From: Phoronis australis
Lineage: Eukaryota > Animalia > Phoronida
Assembly: GCA_002633005.1 (NCBI GenBank)
Contig: NMRA01000260.1
Coordinates: 75,821-139,820 of the forward strand
Direction of reading: 5' to 3'
DNA length: 64,000 bases
The notes beneath the pieces are model-generated. The model made no database searches. It was given only the letters and a program-made list of their open reading frames with translations, and had not been told where the DNA came from. The position numbers and the translations under genes are program-made. Below are positions 50,889 through 61,716 of the stretch, one piece after another (position 1 is the first letter of the stretch; the number at the start of each line of letters is the position of its first letter).

Positions 50889-53800
50889 CTGAAATGTAAA
50901 TCGACATACTTTTAAGTTCCATCCTAGTAATGAATCAGTCAGTGGATTCGTCCAGCATTCGAATTTTTTATTAGGTAATTAGTAAACAAACCAACTTACT
51001 TGCGTTTCCCATATAGTGGACCGGAGAGTATGTAGGACCAGCATTTTACGTACTATATATATATAAATATATATCTACAACATTTTCAAAAGGATCCACT
51101 TATGCCGTTCCCAAAATATTAACAAACTTGAATTTCTTTCAGGTCAAATCCTACAGCCTTTCAACTATCGGAAAATACGAACTTTACTGAGTTAAAATAC
51201 ATAGACACAGATTTGTTAATAAGGGCTTACATAAAGTTCTGTTTCTCACTTACCACTCCAGCTGTATCTAAAATTTCCATGGCAACAGCATCTTCATCAA
51301 CCAAAGTTTGATGCTGATAAGTAAATTCTGTAAAATAAATAAGTAAGCAAAACAAATATGAGCAGTGTTGATTTCACACTTTCGCTTGAAAAAACGTTTT
51401 AAACAATACACTGTATCTACGAAAATGTGTTGTTTTATATTTACAGTGTTTACAGTTATACGTCAATGAGCTTCAATCTGTTTTTTGCCGTTTTGCATTG
51501 CCGGCCCAGGATATCTAGGAAATTACAGTCTTGGGCATTTTTCTCTGTAAATAATGCTTCGTTTTAAGCAAAAAAACGCCCTATATAACAACTTGTATTA
51601 GAGAAACAAAGGGACTTTGGACACAGTTCCATTTATTAAGTAGGAAATGTTGACGGTATACAAAGACGAAAGTCTCCGCATTTTTCATCCTTCGAGTCCC
51701 CACAAGAGACACTACCCTGCCATCGCATTTCTGGTTTGGATGGCCATAAAGCTATAAATGATAATATTTCAGTTTAATCAGTGACATTTTAATGGCAAGT
51801 CCAATGCAGCCTCTCGGTGGCTCATCGAAACATTTACAGGACAATTTCTGGGAAACCGTTAATGTTCTAAAAATTAGGTACACACCACAACGCTATCTTC
51901 TACGTCCATAAAATGAAATGTGAACTGTTGAAGCGAGCCGTGATGCAGTTTACCAATGGGAGAGATGTTCCTTCAGCTTATTAAACCAGAAGCAAATGGC
52001 CAGTGTCGAGGACGGTCGTGAACTGACCGGTGTTCTTATAACCCACACGATATGACAAAACATTGGTTTTTGAGCTGATACCAGTGTATGTGCGCCTGCT
52101 GAAGCCCGGTTGGAAACCCCATTATGTATTATAATGAGTCCACTTAACGCTATTCCGGCTCCACAGAACATGCCGTTGGGCAAGAATGCCATTTGGCCAG
52201 AGAATCGTTCAAAGCCACATGATTGTTATTCCCAACGGAGGATTGAGTGGGGCATGGCAGTAACGTCCACACCAGAAATTCCTAAAGCCAGTTTCGTAGA
52301 CTGTGAAAGGCTTTTCCCAAAAAGCATCAACGGTACCGTTCCTGTACCATTTTAATGAAAAAATGGCACAGCTAGTGTGAACACATTGAGTCTTGCATGA
52401 TCTTGCTTTTTAGTGAGTGCCTTGCGTCTACGAAACGCTGCCCTGACGTACTCGTAGGGCAATCTCGAACCAGCGCCATCTGTTCTATCCGGTCGACCTG
52501 AGGAGTAGTCATGACGTTGACATCTGCAGCGGTTCTCCGGTCACTTGAGGATGGTATGAAGGAACATTGACCCCGCGCCGTTATCTGGTAGTCGATCTAG
52601 GCATCATGTTTAAAACCACGAAATATTTGCTCACACGTACTCGTTGTTTAACTTTCGCTCAACAGCAGTTATCATTTAACACCACCCTGTTACGACAGAG
52701 CAAGGCCTCATGTCACGTAGATATTTGTGAACAATGCTAAATGCGTCATGAAAAAATGGTTGGTAGGCCTAACTTTGCAGTGGTCTCTCAGTATCAATAC
52801 TATTACCATTGCGATTGTTATTATCACTGATGATGTTATTGGTATTATTGAAATTATTATTGTCATCGTCATCATCATCATCATCTTGCGTGATCTCGCT
52901 TTTCTGACAAGAAATTTGCCCTACGGAACACGGTACACCACGTGCACTGTCATCCCATATGAAAGCACTCCCAATGCATTGCTTCGTGCGTTAGGCTTAT
53001 TACAACACAATTTGAAGCCTTATACAGTGCCACTAACATTCTTTGACTTATGTTTGTAAATGAACATTTTTATAATCAAAGAATGGGGCAAATGATTGTT
53101 TCAACGGGGCTGTGCCGTGCCACTAACTATTCAAGTAAGAAATTAACGCTGTGCAGGTCTTTAACTGGACACGTAACTTTTAAGGTTATGTGAGACCCTT
53201 GAAAGATGGAACATCATATCTCAAAAATGGCTAATTCATATGAAACTTTCATATACTAAGCTTTATGCACCGTTCTCCAATGCACTTTTAGGAACAGTAA
53301 TGTTTTTAAAATGTTCCCCTTTAGCGCGTGGGGTTTTCATAAAATACGATATTATATGATTTTCATGAAAAAATCTGTAGTTGCATCAACCGGAAACGAA
53401 ATGGTATCTGGGAAACTGTAACAGCGTTTCTGAGATCTCATTTTTAACATTTATATCACAAAAAAGTTGATCATGTTATTGATACTATTGTTTTTGAATT
53501 ATTGAACCTTTCTTTTTTGCTATTTTCTATTTAAAATACATGGTCACGTAATCCAATTGATGGTGGATAGTTTGTAAAACGTCCAAAATCAAAATCTGCA
53601 GGATTTCTACTTTCAGGAAGTATATACTTTTACCGTGTTTAAAATCTATAGTTTTGTAGATATTTGGCTAAACATAGAGACTTGTCGATAACCTAAAATG
53701 GGCACAGTATTCTGACTGGAGGGCAAATTTGTCAGACTACAATGTAGATTGATTGAGAGACTGAATGGTAGAGTTGATAGCATTGGTCGTGACACGTGTA

Positions 53801-56800
53801 ATTCGGCTCAGCGGCAGAGCTTTCCGCTGCTCACTGAGGGGTTAATCGGTTCGATTCCGCGCTAGAGCTAATTTCTGAAATTACTTTTCTCGCCGAGAAT
53901 GTCTCTTTAATTAACTTTTGAGGCAAAAATACTGTGGAGTGGCGTAGTTAAATATGCACTTAAGTAATTAACGCTGAAACGTGTCTCTCAGTTTTCAACA
54001 ACACGCTTCATAAGACAAAACAGCATGTTATTTTAACCAAATAACATGTTACTTAACCAAATAACACGACTTTGCAAAAATAACACTTAGTAAACTGACA
54101 TTTGTGCGGCAACCCTTATTACAAAAATGTCGTGAATTTGCAAATTTAATTACGTCTTGCTACTGTAACGACGGTCGACTGGTGCGTTGTGCACAGTCGG
54201 CAGCTTTATCAGTTCTTAGTTCGCTATTCATGTAATATATCAGGTTTCCAAAAAAGTGAGCCAGTTTTTTGACAAGTAATTTCTCAGTAACGGATAAACC
54301 GATTTTTTTTTCAAATTTGTTATAGATAAATCTTGGGATATCATCGAAAAATGTACAAAATATCAAATAAATATGTGTTCACTTTAGCGGGTACTGTCAA
54401 ACTGAAAACATCAGGTCAAATAATAAAATATCTAAGGGAAACTCGCTTATTTAAGTCTATGCTCAGTGTGGCCTCCATCTTCCTCCACCACTAAACGTAG
54501 TCCTGTCTTCCAACCAGAAATGCTTTTCCGTATTTCTTCCATCGAGATTTCCTCCCATGACATAATTATCCTGTCTTTTAACTCCTGCTCAGCCAATTTG
54601 CCTTTCATTCCCGGGTAAACTTTCTCCTTCAGAGAGTCCCATATGGCATAGTCCATTGGACTGCAGTCAGGACTGAGAGGAGGCCACTCGTCCTTTTTGA
54701 TGAAGTTTGGTGTGGCCTCCTCGAGGTGAGGCTGGGTTATCTTGCTCGTGTGTGAAGCAGCCCCATCTTGCTGAAACACGTAATTGTTTCCCGGATAAAG
54801 TCGCCTGCAATCCGGGAGAATATTTTCATCCAATAACTGCATGTACCTTTGACTGTTATTTTGGCTCTATCCGTGTCAATCAAATGAATATTTGCTTTCC
54901 TTCCCAAGATACTGCAGCGGAAACCATTACTTTTTTGGAAACTCTGGAAGTCTCGTTATAGAGTCGAAAGGGCAGAATTTGTCATCTTTGTTTCCTATAG
55001 ACACGGTCGTTTTGGCGATTTTTAGCGACTTCTAGCGTAAATTCTCTTTCATCAATGAAAATGATTCATTTCACATCAGTGGCTGAATAGCGGTCATGCA
55101 AGTGGTGATATCGAGTTTTTCTTTTCCTTCTAACATTTTGCTATATCCGTGATACCCACATTCTTATGAAGGGTTTTAACTCCAGTTTTTCGCCATCGTT
55201 TGCACGGAAGATTTGCTCACTTGCAACGTCTCTCAGAGATTTGTGATTCCACGGGTTGTTCTCCTGGGATTGATTCAGTACCTTAGATTCCGATTTTGGA
55301 AACTGAACGAATGACTGTTAGAAGAAAAGATTGATTGCGGGAGTATTTGTTCGAGTTGGAAGGAATTAAAACACATCGATGGCCTCCTAAGGTGTTCTTC
55401 TATGCGCAAATGGTACTTATAAAAGTGTGATTTTGTTTTTTTAAATCAGTGTGAGGCATAATTCTCCGAAAAGCTTCCGGCGTATGAAGCGCCTAAAGGA
55501 GCTTCACCGTCTGTAGTTCAACTAGGGACGGTGGTCACTGTCTATGTACACACGTGCATGCACTCATGTACAATGCACAGACTTGAAGTAGGGTTTTCTT
55601 GCGAGCAATTGTTCTTATTTTTTCATTTAAGTTTAAAATTAGTAAAACATCAGGTACGAGTGTCCAGTCCAAAGATAGAGTGCTTTATGTAATAGTTACA
55701 GAATCCTCCTCAAACGTTTTTGTCGGCAGTCTTGTTCTTTTCCAAGTTACATGATTACCTGAACTGAGAACTATCAGTAGTTCCTTGCTGTCAAATCATC
55801 CACGTTTCAGCGAAAGGTTGTGGGTCGAACATGGAAAGTGGGGGACCATTGACCTTGTCAAACAGCGAGCTGGAGATAGTTTCCAATAGCAAACAAGAGC
55901 GTTCGTTTATTACTATCCGATTCATTTCGCAGATTCCTCGTTCACAGTCAGCTGTACTGCAAGGAAGAGTCCGATGCAGAGGTCCAGTTGTAGCAGAGCA
56001 CTTGGTAGGTTGTCTATTCTAACCGTCTCCTCCATTTTTTGCGAACTCACGCATTCCATTGATCGCCGTTGTGGCAACCAGCCCATGCAAATACGCCTGA
56101 CTTAGTGCTCACCTTGTTTTATCCCGGATCCCATCGGCCACGGTTTGGGAGTTCAAGATGCCCAGAATAGAGCAAAATGACTGTTCATCTTTGTCAAGTT
56201 CAATGACACTCCACGTTCACAACAACTTTTTGAATAAATTGACCTGGACGTAAGGAATATTCGACAACAATGCTATCGTCAGCGTAGCAGTGAATCGATA
56301 CCGTAAGCTATTCTATCAAAACTATGCCCCACTATACCGTCACTTACTGTGTGTAGGCGCTACGTTAACATGTAAAAAGATGGTTGGCTGCGCCTACGCC
56401 CCACTATAACGTAACTTACGGTGCACAGGCCCTATGTATAAATGCCAAAAGGTGGTTGGCTGCTCCTACGTATTCCTACGTCATATTACAGTACTATTTA
56501 TGAATCCTGCTTGATCTACTCTTCCCAATATGAAATCATGCCGTGGCAGCAACCTCACCGCACGGTACTAAATAATGTTAAAATTTATTTATTAAAAGGA
56601 CGCGATTTTGATTTTACAACGGAGAAAACGTATTTTGGTGTTTCTTTTTTTAGCGGGATAGTGTTGACGTAGAAACAAAACAGGAAACTCTGTTTGTTTT
56701 TGTGATTTAATCCTAAATCGCTTATTCCTACGTAGGACTTCCATTCAAAGTTAACTGAAAAGGATGTGGCAACCTTGTCGCCATGAAAATGTCCGACGCA

Positions 56801-58753
56801 GACGGTGTAGATTACTGATCTAAGCCGACCTGCGGAACAAAAGCCACGGGAATATTCGTGTAAAACGAGAAAGAGTAACTCGACGCAGTAAATAAAGTAG
56901 GAATTCCGCTCCAGAGGTATCTCATCTTCATGGGTTTGTATTTAGTGTAGATCCTGGTGAATACCCGTTAACAACAGATTCCAGAACCTGTCAAGGGTCA
57001 CCGCGACAAGCGGAAGTGTTTAGATTATCAAACATGAATTGAACTTACCTAATGTTGGATCGTATTCCCATATAAATCGTCTCGTCATGAATCTCACGAC
57101 CAGAGCTGAAAGCAAGTGTGATAAACAGTTATTTGATAAGCGATATTACGGCACGTGCGTTTAAATTATTGACTTGCCATGCTACTGAAGTGGGACGTGA
57201 GCGAAAAATAAGCACACGTCGGCGTCGATGCATATCTGTGTTGTAGATAACTTATTAAAGGTTACTGATCCACTTGGAACTGTACCACAATACTTCCAAC
57301 TTTTTGTACAAATTTATGTGTGCAGTGAAAAGGCATATTAATTGGCTAGTAGTTTTCACATTCAGAATGATGGTAATGGGTATCACCGAAATGATAAGCT
57401 ATACTCATTATAATAACGATATCCTAACACTAAATGATTGGGCTTCGATTTTGTAAACACTGGTTTCAGGCGGAGGATGGGGAGGGGGCAAAGATAGTCG
57501 TAATTCGGACAAATGGTGAAAATACGACCAGGTAAAGATTTTTGGGGACAAAACGTCATTTGCCTTCCCTCCCTCCACACAGCACAGTCTAAACAGGCTT
57601 GTAGCGCGTCAATTATTTTGTCTTCCGGTGTTTTGGCTACCAAGTAAAAGCCACTACTCAAGGTCCTGATATACCTGTCATCGACGATTTTCAATGTCAA
57701 AAACATTTAACCTTTGAATTACAACTCTTGATCGGTCTCAACTTGCAGATTTCAGATGACCTAGTGAGCAGATTTTCGGCTTTTGGAAGAACTCGATGAA
57801 ATATCACTCGTCGCTTCTGAAGACTGAACAGTCATTGGTCACTATTCGTCAAAATGTAATACAAAAGGGTAGTTGGACAAATGAAGAACACTGGTTCCCT
57901 AACCGAACATTAGACAAAGACGATAATGATAGTGCAAGCCAGCCTTATCAAAAAATCTTGGAATTCGTCTATTTGGTGTGTAACAAAACCTAGTGGCGAA
58001 AACTATGTCAGCTTCACTGGAGAACTCGTCAACCCTAAAACGTTTTAGCCAGGCAGACGAGCAGTCCACGAAGGGGTCATTTTCGCCAGCTGCAGTTGGT
58101 TCGTTTCTTCATCTCCCAAATGGCATTTAGTGAAATTTTGATGACAAAACACGTTCACTGTCTGCCTTTTCAGTTGATTAACATAACGATAAACAAAGGC
58201 ATCTTTTAAAGTAAGCGGCCTGTATGGCAACAAAAGTGCTAGAGAACGCCATCACTTTTGGGAAACTCAAACCTCCAACAAAGCGCACAACTGGCGTTTT
58301 CGCAACTAACGAAAAACGAGCCTTTACCCAGTCTGAAAACGGGGTATAGCAAAACCACTGCTGAGCAATTTGGGCAATTTAGAGGTGAGGAAACAAACCA
58401 ACGAAAATGACTCCTTTGCAAACAGTCTGTTTATATGGTTAAAACATTAACGTTTCGCTAGCGTTGGCCAACGAAACTTTAATCCATGTATTTTCGCCAC
58501 TCACATGAACTTAGTATAACTGCTACGGAAAATGTCATCATTAGTATCGTTAGTACGGTTGATGTCGCCCATGGTCTATGCTAGCAAAATAAATTATCGA
58601 TTGAACAAACTTACCTGACTTTCCCACGGCAGAAGTTCCCAAGAGAACAATCTTCACCTCGTTTGCATTCTTGCTACTCTTGTTACTCAACCTTCGCACC
58701 TTGGTACTCGAGTTGTTATTGTTATTATTCTCTTCGGCTATCGACGCCGGCAT
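50478..58753 (-). CDS. RERG: Ras-like estrogen-regulated growth inhibitor (small GTPase), 4 coding exons, 226 aa
   Basis: complement join(58753-58615, 57105-57049, 51327-51254, 50888-50478). EVKIVLLGTSAVGKS|ALVVRFMTRRFIWEYDPTL|EFTYQHQTLVDEDAVAMEILDTAGV|DDPASREGYIKWADGF..GNKIDL..ETSAC..RRKMVEGKPRRRSS; no CAAX, as in RERG. Confidence 0.93.
51254..51327 (-). CDS. RERG: RERG exon 3 (G3 box)
   Basis: FTYQHQTLVDEDAVAMEILDTAGV; ttacag acceptor, gtaagt donor. Confidence 0.95.
53180..53693. mobile_element. Second, inverted, diverged copy of the 37257-37743 element (in RERG intron 2)
   Basis: ttaaggttatgt end; tggctaaacatagagacttgtcgataa is the reverse complement of atcgacaactctgtgtttagcca. Confidence 0.6.
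53797..53900 (+). repeat. tRNA-derived SINE-like/pseudo-tRNA
   Basis: CGGCTCAGCGG A-box-like motif, GGTTCGATTCC B-box, 3' motif shared with 25128-25232. Confidence 0.6.
54240..55260 (-). mobile_element. Degenerate Tc1/mariner-superfamily transposon, DD37D (maT) type
   Basis: IFIDEREF..NRQNDRVY, KVMVSAAVSW, FQQDGAASHT...WPPLSPDCSPMDYAIW (37 residues between 2nd and 3rd D); TA-flanked caggtttccaaaaaagtg end near 54241; frameshifted. Confidence 0.9.
55447..55544. mobile_element. Solo arm related to the 4550-4800 MITE
   Basis: gcataattctccgaaaagcttccggcgta...gcgccta...tggtcactgtcta aligns with 4708-4800. Confidence 0.75.
55775..56290 (-). pseudogene. hAT transposase C-terminal dimerisation-domain remnant
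   Basis: Minus frame TLPCSTADCERGICEMNRIVINERSCLLLETISSSLFDKVNGPPLSMFDPQPFAETW (hATC S.A.CER.FS.M...R..L and NGP pattern); upstream frames broken by stops. Confidence 0.8.
56322..56477. repeat. Diverged ~70-bp tandem duplication
   Basis: gccccactata.cgt.acttac.gtg...aaaa.gtggttggctgc.cctacg present twice. Confidence 0.65.
57049..57105 (-). CDS. RERG: RERG exon 2 (switch I)
   Basis: LVVRFMTRRFIWEYDPTL; tttcag acceptor, gtaagt donor. Confidence 0.95.
58615..58753 (-). CDS. RERG: RERG exon 1 (N-terminal extension and P-loop)
   Basis: MPASIAEENNNNNNSS...LLGTSAVGKS, donor gtaagt. Confidence 0.92.
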
Positions 58754-59394
58754 GCTGATTAAATGCTTCTGGGGCCGGTAATCTCAAAAGCGTATCAATT
58801 AGTTCTTAGGCTTAAAGAACTTGATTGGTTCGCATACTCTGCGTGCACCGTTCCGATGTTCCCAGAGCTTCTGTGAATCGGCGGTGGTGTTTTATTGAAC
58901 TAATATCGTCTATTTCTGGAAGACGTGTCTTCAAAACAGTAACTAATTATCGCCTTCGTTAGATAATCTCGCGTCTTTTGTTTTACTGACGTAAATCACA
59001 CTTCCTGAAAAGAGCAAAATTAAAATTACTTTGTTGTTTAAATGATCGACATCATCACAACATCTCAGTTCTGGTTTAAAAACCTATCAACGAAACGTAG
59101 ACCACCTCTAAGTCACCCCTCCAGTAGCGAGAGTGTCAGACTGACAACCGAATGGTTAACGGTTCAAATCCCTTGTGCGCTAAAATATAAAAAATACCCA
59201 TCCGTTCATTGGCGATCACGAGTGTAACCAAATACGAACAATGTAGTGCTTGAAGAAGGACATAGAAATGACCGATCGAAATGACGTAGGCAACAGATTG
59301 GAGTGAATAGAACAATAAATTTGCGAAACGATGTTTCTTCATCGCAATCTCAAAGTGGGTATAGGAAGTTATAAAACAAATAACTAGCGTCCTT

Positions 59395-59545
59395 GATGGG
59401 CGGTGCACCATAGGGAGCTGGGGGGCTATAGCCCCCCCCCACACTTTTTCAGTGCTACGCCGCACATGGTCTATAGGCGATGCACCACAGGGGGCTGAGG
59501 GGCTTTAGTCCCCCCCACACTTTTTTCAGTGCTGCGCCGCCCATG
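59395..59545. mobile_element. Tandem dimer of a ~74-bp mini-MITE
   Basis: Two copies of (c)atgggcgg(t/c)gca...tgc(t)gcgccgcccatg, with the pair flanked by TCCTT on both sides. Confidence 0.75.
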
Positions 59546-61428
59546 TCCTTATATTGAACATTAGGATATTTACGTACAAGAATTTTAAACGTTTCGTTTT
59601 ATGATACGTTACATGCACTGCTACTTTGAACAAATAATTGAGGGAGAAAGGCAGGCAGGGCGGAACCAGGCATGCGGTCGTGCCGGCAGGGGGCGTAATA
59701 ATTTACATGTACTGCCTTATTTATTTGGTGAAAAGATTTTACCAGTGAGGTCAAAAAACACGATTGTTTCTGTTTTGTCCCCAACTCATTTTCGAAGCTG
59801 CAAAAAATAGAAAGCCAACAACCGCATCACTTTTTTGTCAAAAATGTTATCTTTCTTCAAAAGCCTCACAGCTACGTTCATCTTAGCTTTTAACATAATG
59901 TGTCGGCTATAATCATTGCCTGAGATGATGATAAAGCAGAGGCGCAGGAAGAACTCACTGACTATCATCAACTCAACAGCCACAAGGTGACGCTAAAGGC
60001 ATCCCATACACTCCTGCACCCCCCCGCACCACCCGCACCACNCAGCCCGAGAATCGCATCATTGCATGACTGAAGCTGGTTTTCGCACCGTAAAAAGATG
60101 AAAAGAATTATTATTGCACTTCTTTAGCAAACACCAATAGAATTTTTGCTTTTGAAATAATAGTCAACTAAAAAATATTGCCTCAATTTACAGGACTAGT
60201 ACCAATGACTAAAGCGAAATGTGTTTTTGGCCTTACAAACAAATAAAGAAGTATACACGAGGACAGAGCCAACTATTTTGAAATCAGCGATGAAGTAATT
60301 ATGCTTTTTCATTCAAAATGACAAAAACAGGCAATTTATAGTAAAATTAAAAGCAGCTGGTAATGAGGACCTTTCGGATATTAACATGCTTCACTACTGC
60401 AGTTAAGACGTAAGAATCAAAACGTGTTGATGAAACAGTCAGTGAACTTGGCTCGGTACATGCTAACTCGTCATGTTATAAAAGAGTCAGGACCCCCACA
60501 AACATGAACTTAGACGGTGGTTTTCATAGATGGCGGTGCATGTGCAGTACCAAACAGCTCACAAACTTCAGTGTGTATAGAAAACTTGACTCCACTAACA
60601 ATATGGCTCTTTTCGAAAACGTTGCTAAATTTCTATTTCGTAATGGAATCGTTTGTTGCTCCAACTAACACAGCTTAGTTCTTGAATTAATAAGATACCT
60701 TATTTGTACGCCATATTTGTATATCACGTAATTACTCTTGTTCATTACCGGCAAGATATTGTGCAACAGTGTCACACATTTCTATCATACTAACACCTCT
60801 ATCCATTTTTAAATCTATAACTGTAATCTTGTGCATATCATTGATATTCTTGTTGCATTTGTATATTTTCATGTTTTTGTTAATAAGTGTATTCATCTAT
60901 ATATACTGGTATATGTATATGTATTGTTTTGATTCCCAGATATATGTTTTCTAGTACTTTATGGGATTTAACTATTATTACTATATATTGGATTTTTCGT
61001 AATAAGCATAAAAATTTCATTTGGACATGAGTGAACGAACGGTCGTCGACCAGTCGCTAAATAGCCAATTGCTCTGCTAATTTTCAGTAATTAAAACTAC
61101 ATCCTGTAAGCATCTTAATTACGAGAAAACACGGGATCGGTTTGTTTATGTAACTTCAAAATCTTTTTCCATTATTTTTTTTTAATTTTGTTTCCGTCAT
61201 TCATCTTGTTATTACCCCCACTTTATTTCTCCAATCCTATGGTCGACGGACACTTTTTAAAGGTGCAACAAACCTGGGTTTTCTGTTAAAAGAGACCTTT
61301 AATTTATATCATTTACTGTCAGAAAATTGATATATTTTTCTTTACTCAACTTAAAAATATCTTTTAGGCTTGAGAAGATATAAGTTCGTTTATATTTCAT
61401 ACCAGGCTCGTTAAAGCTTATCACGGCG

Positions 61429-61716
61429 CAGTATCGTGTAGACTAGGGGGCCGACGGGGCGACGGCCGCCGGGGCGACGGCCGCCGGGGCGACGGCCGCC
61501 GGGGTGACGGTCGCGGGCGGGCATCCACATTATGATTGATCAGTATGAATAAACTGTTTTAAAACTGTGACAGATTTGCAGTTAAATTTAATAAAGTTCC
61601 TGTTTTATGTTTCATTTTTCTACTTTTCCTAGTACTAGGGTCCATGCATTTGAGTAAATAGAGGGACACCCTATAAAAAATAGCCTCGGGCATCACAAGA
61701 CCTCTTCGCGCTACTG
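61429..61716. mobile_element. hAT-type MITE with internal 15-bp GC-rich repeat
   Basis: cagta.cg / cgctactg ends, 8-bp flanks TCACGGCG / TCACGGCC (1 mismatch), ~4 copies of GGGGCGACGGCCGCC. Confidence 0.7.

Noticed and set aside
50379-50915. 178-aa plus-strand ORF
   Set aside because: Antisense shadow of RERG exon 4
59115-59180. tRNA-like segment (GGTTCAAATCC B-box, CTGACAA loop)
   Set aside because: No proper acceptor or D stems; at most a decayed SINE head, not a tRNA gene
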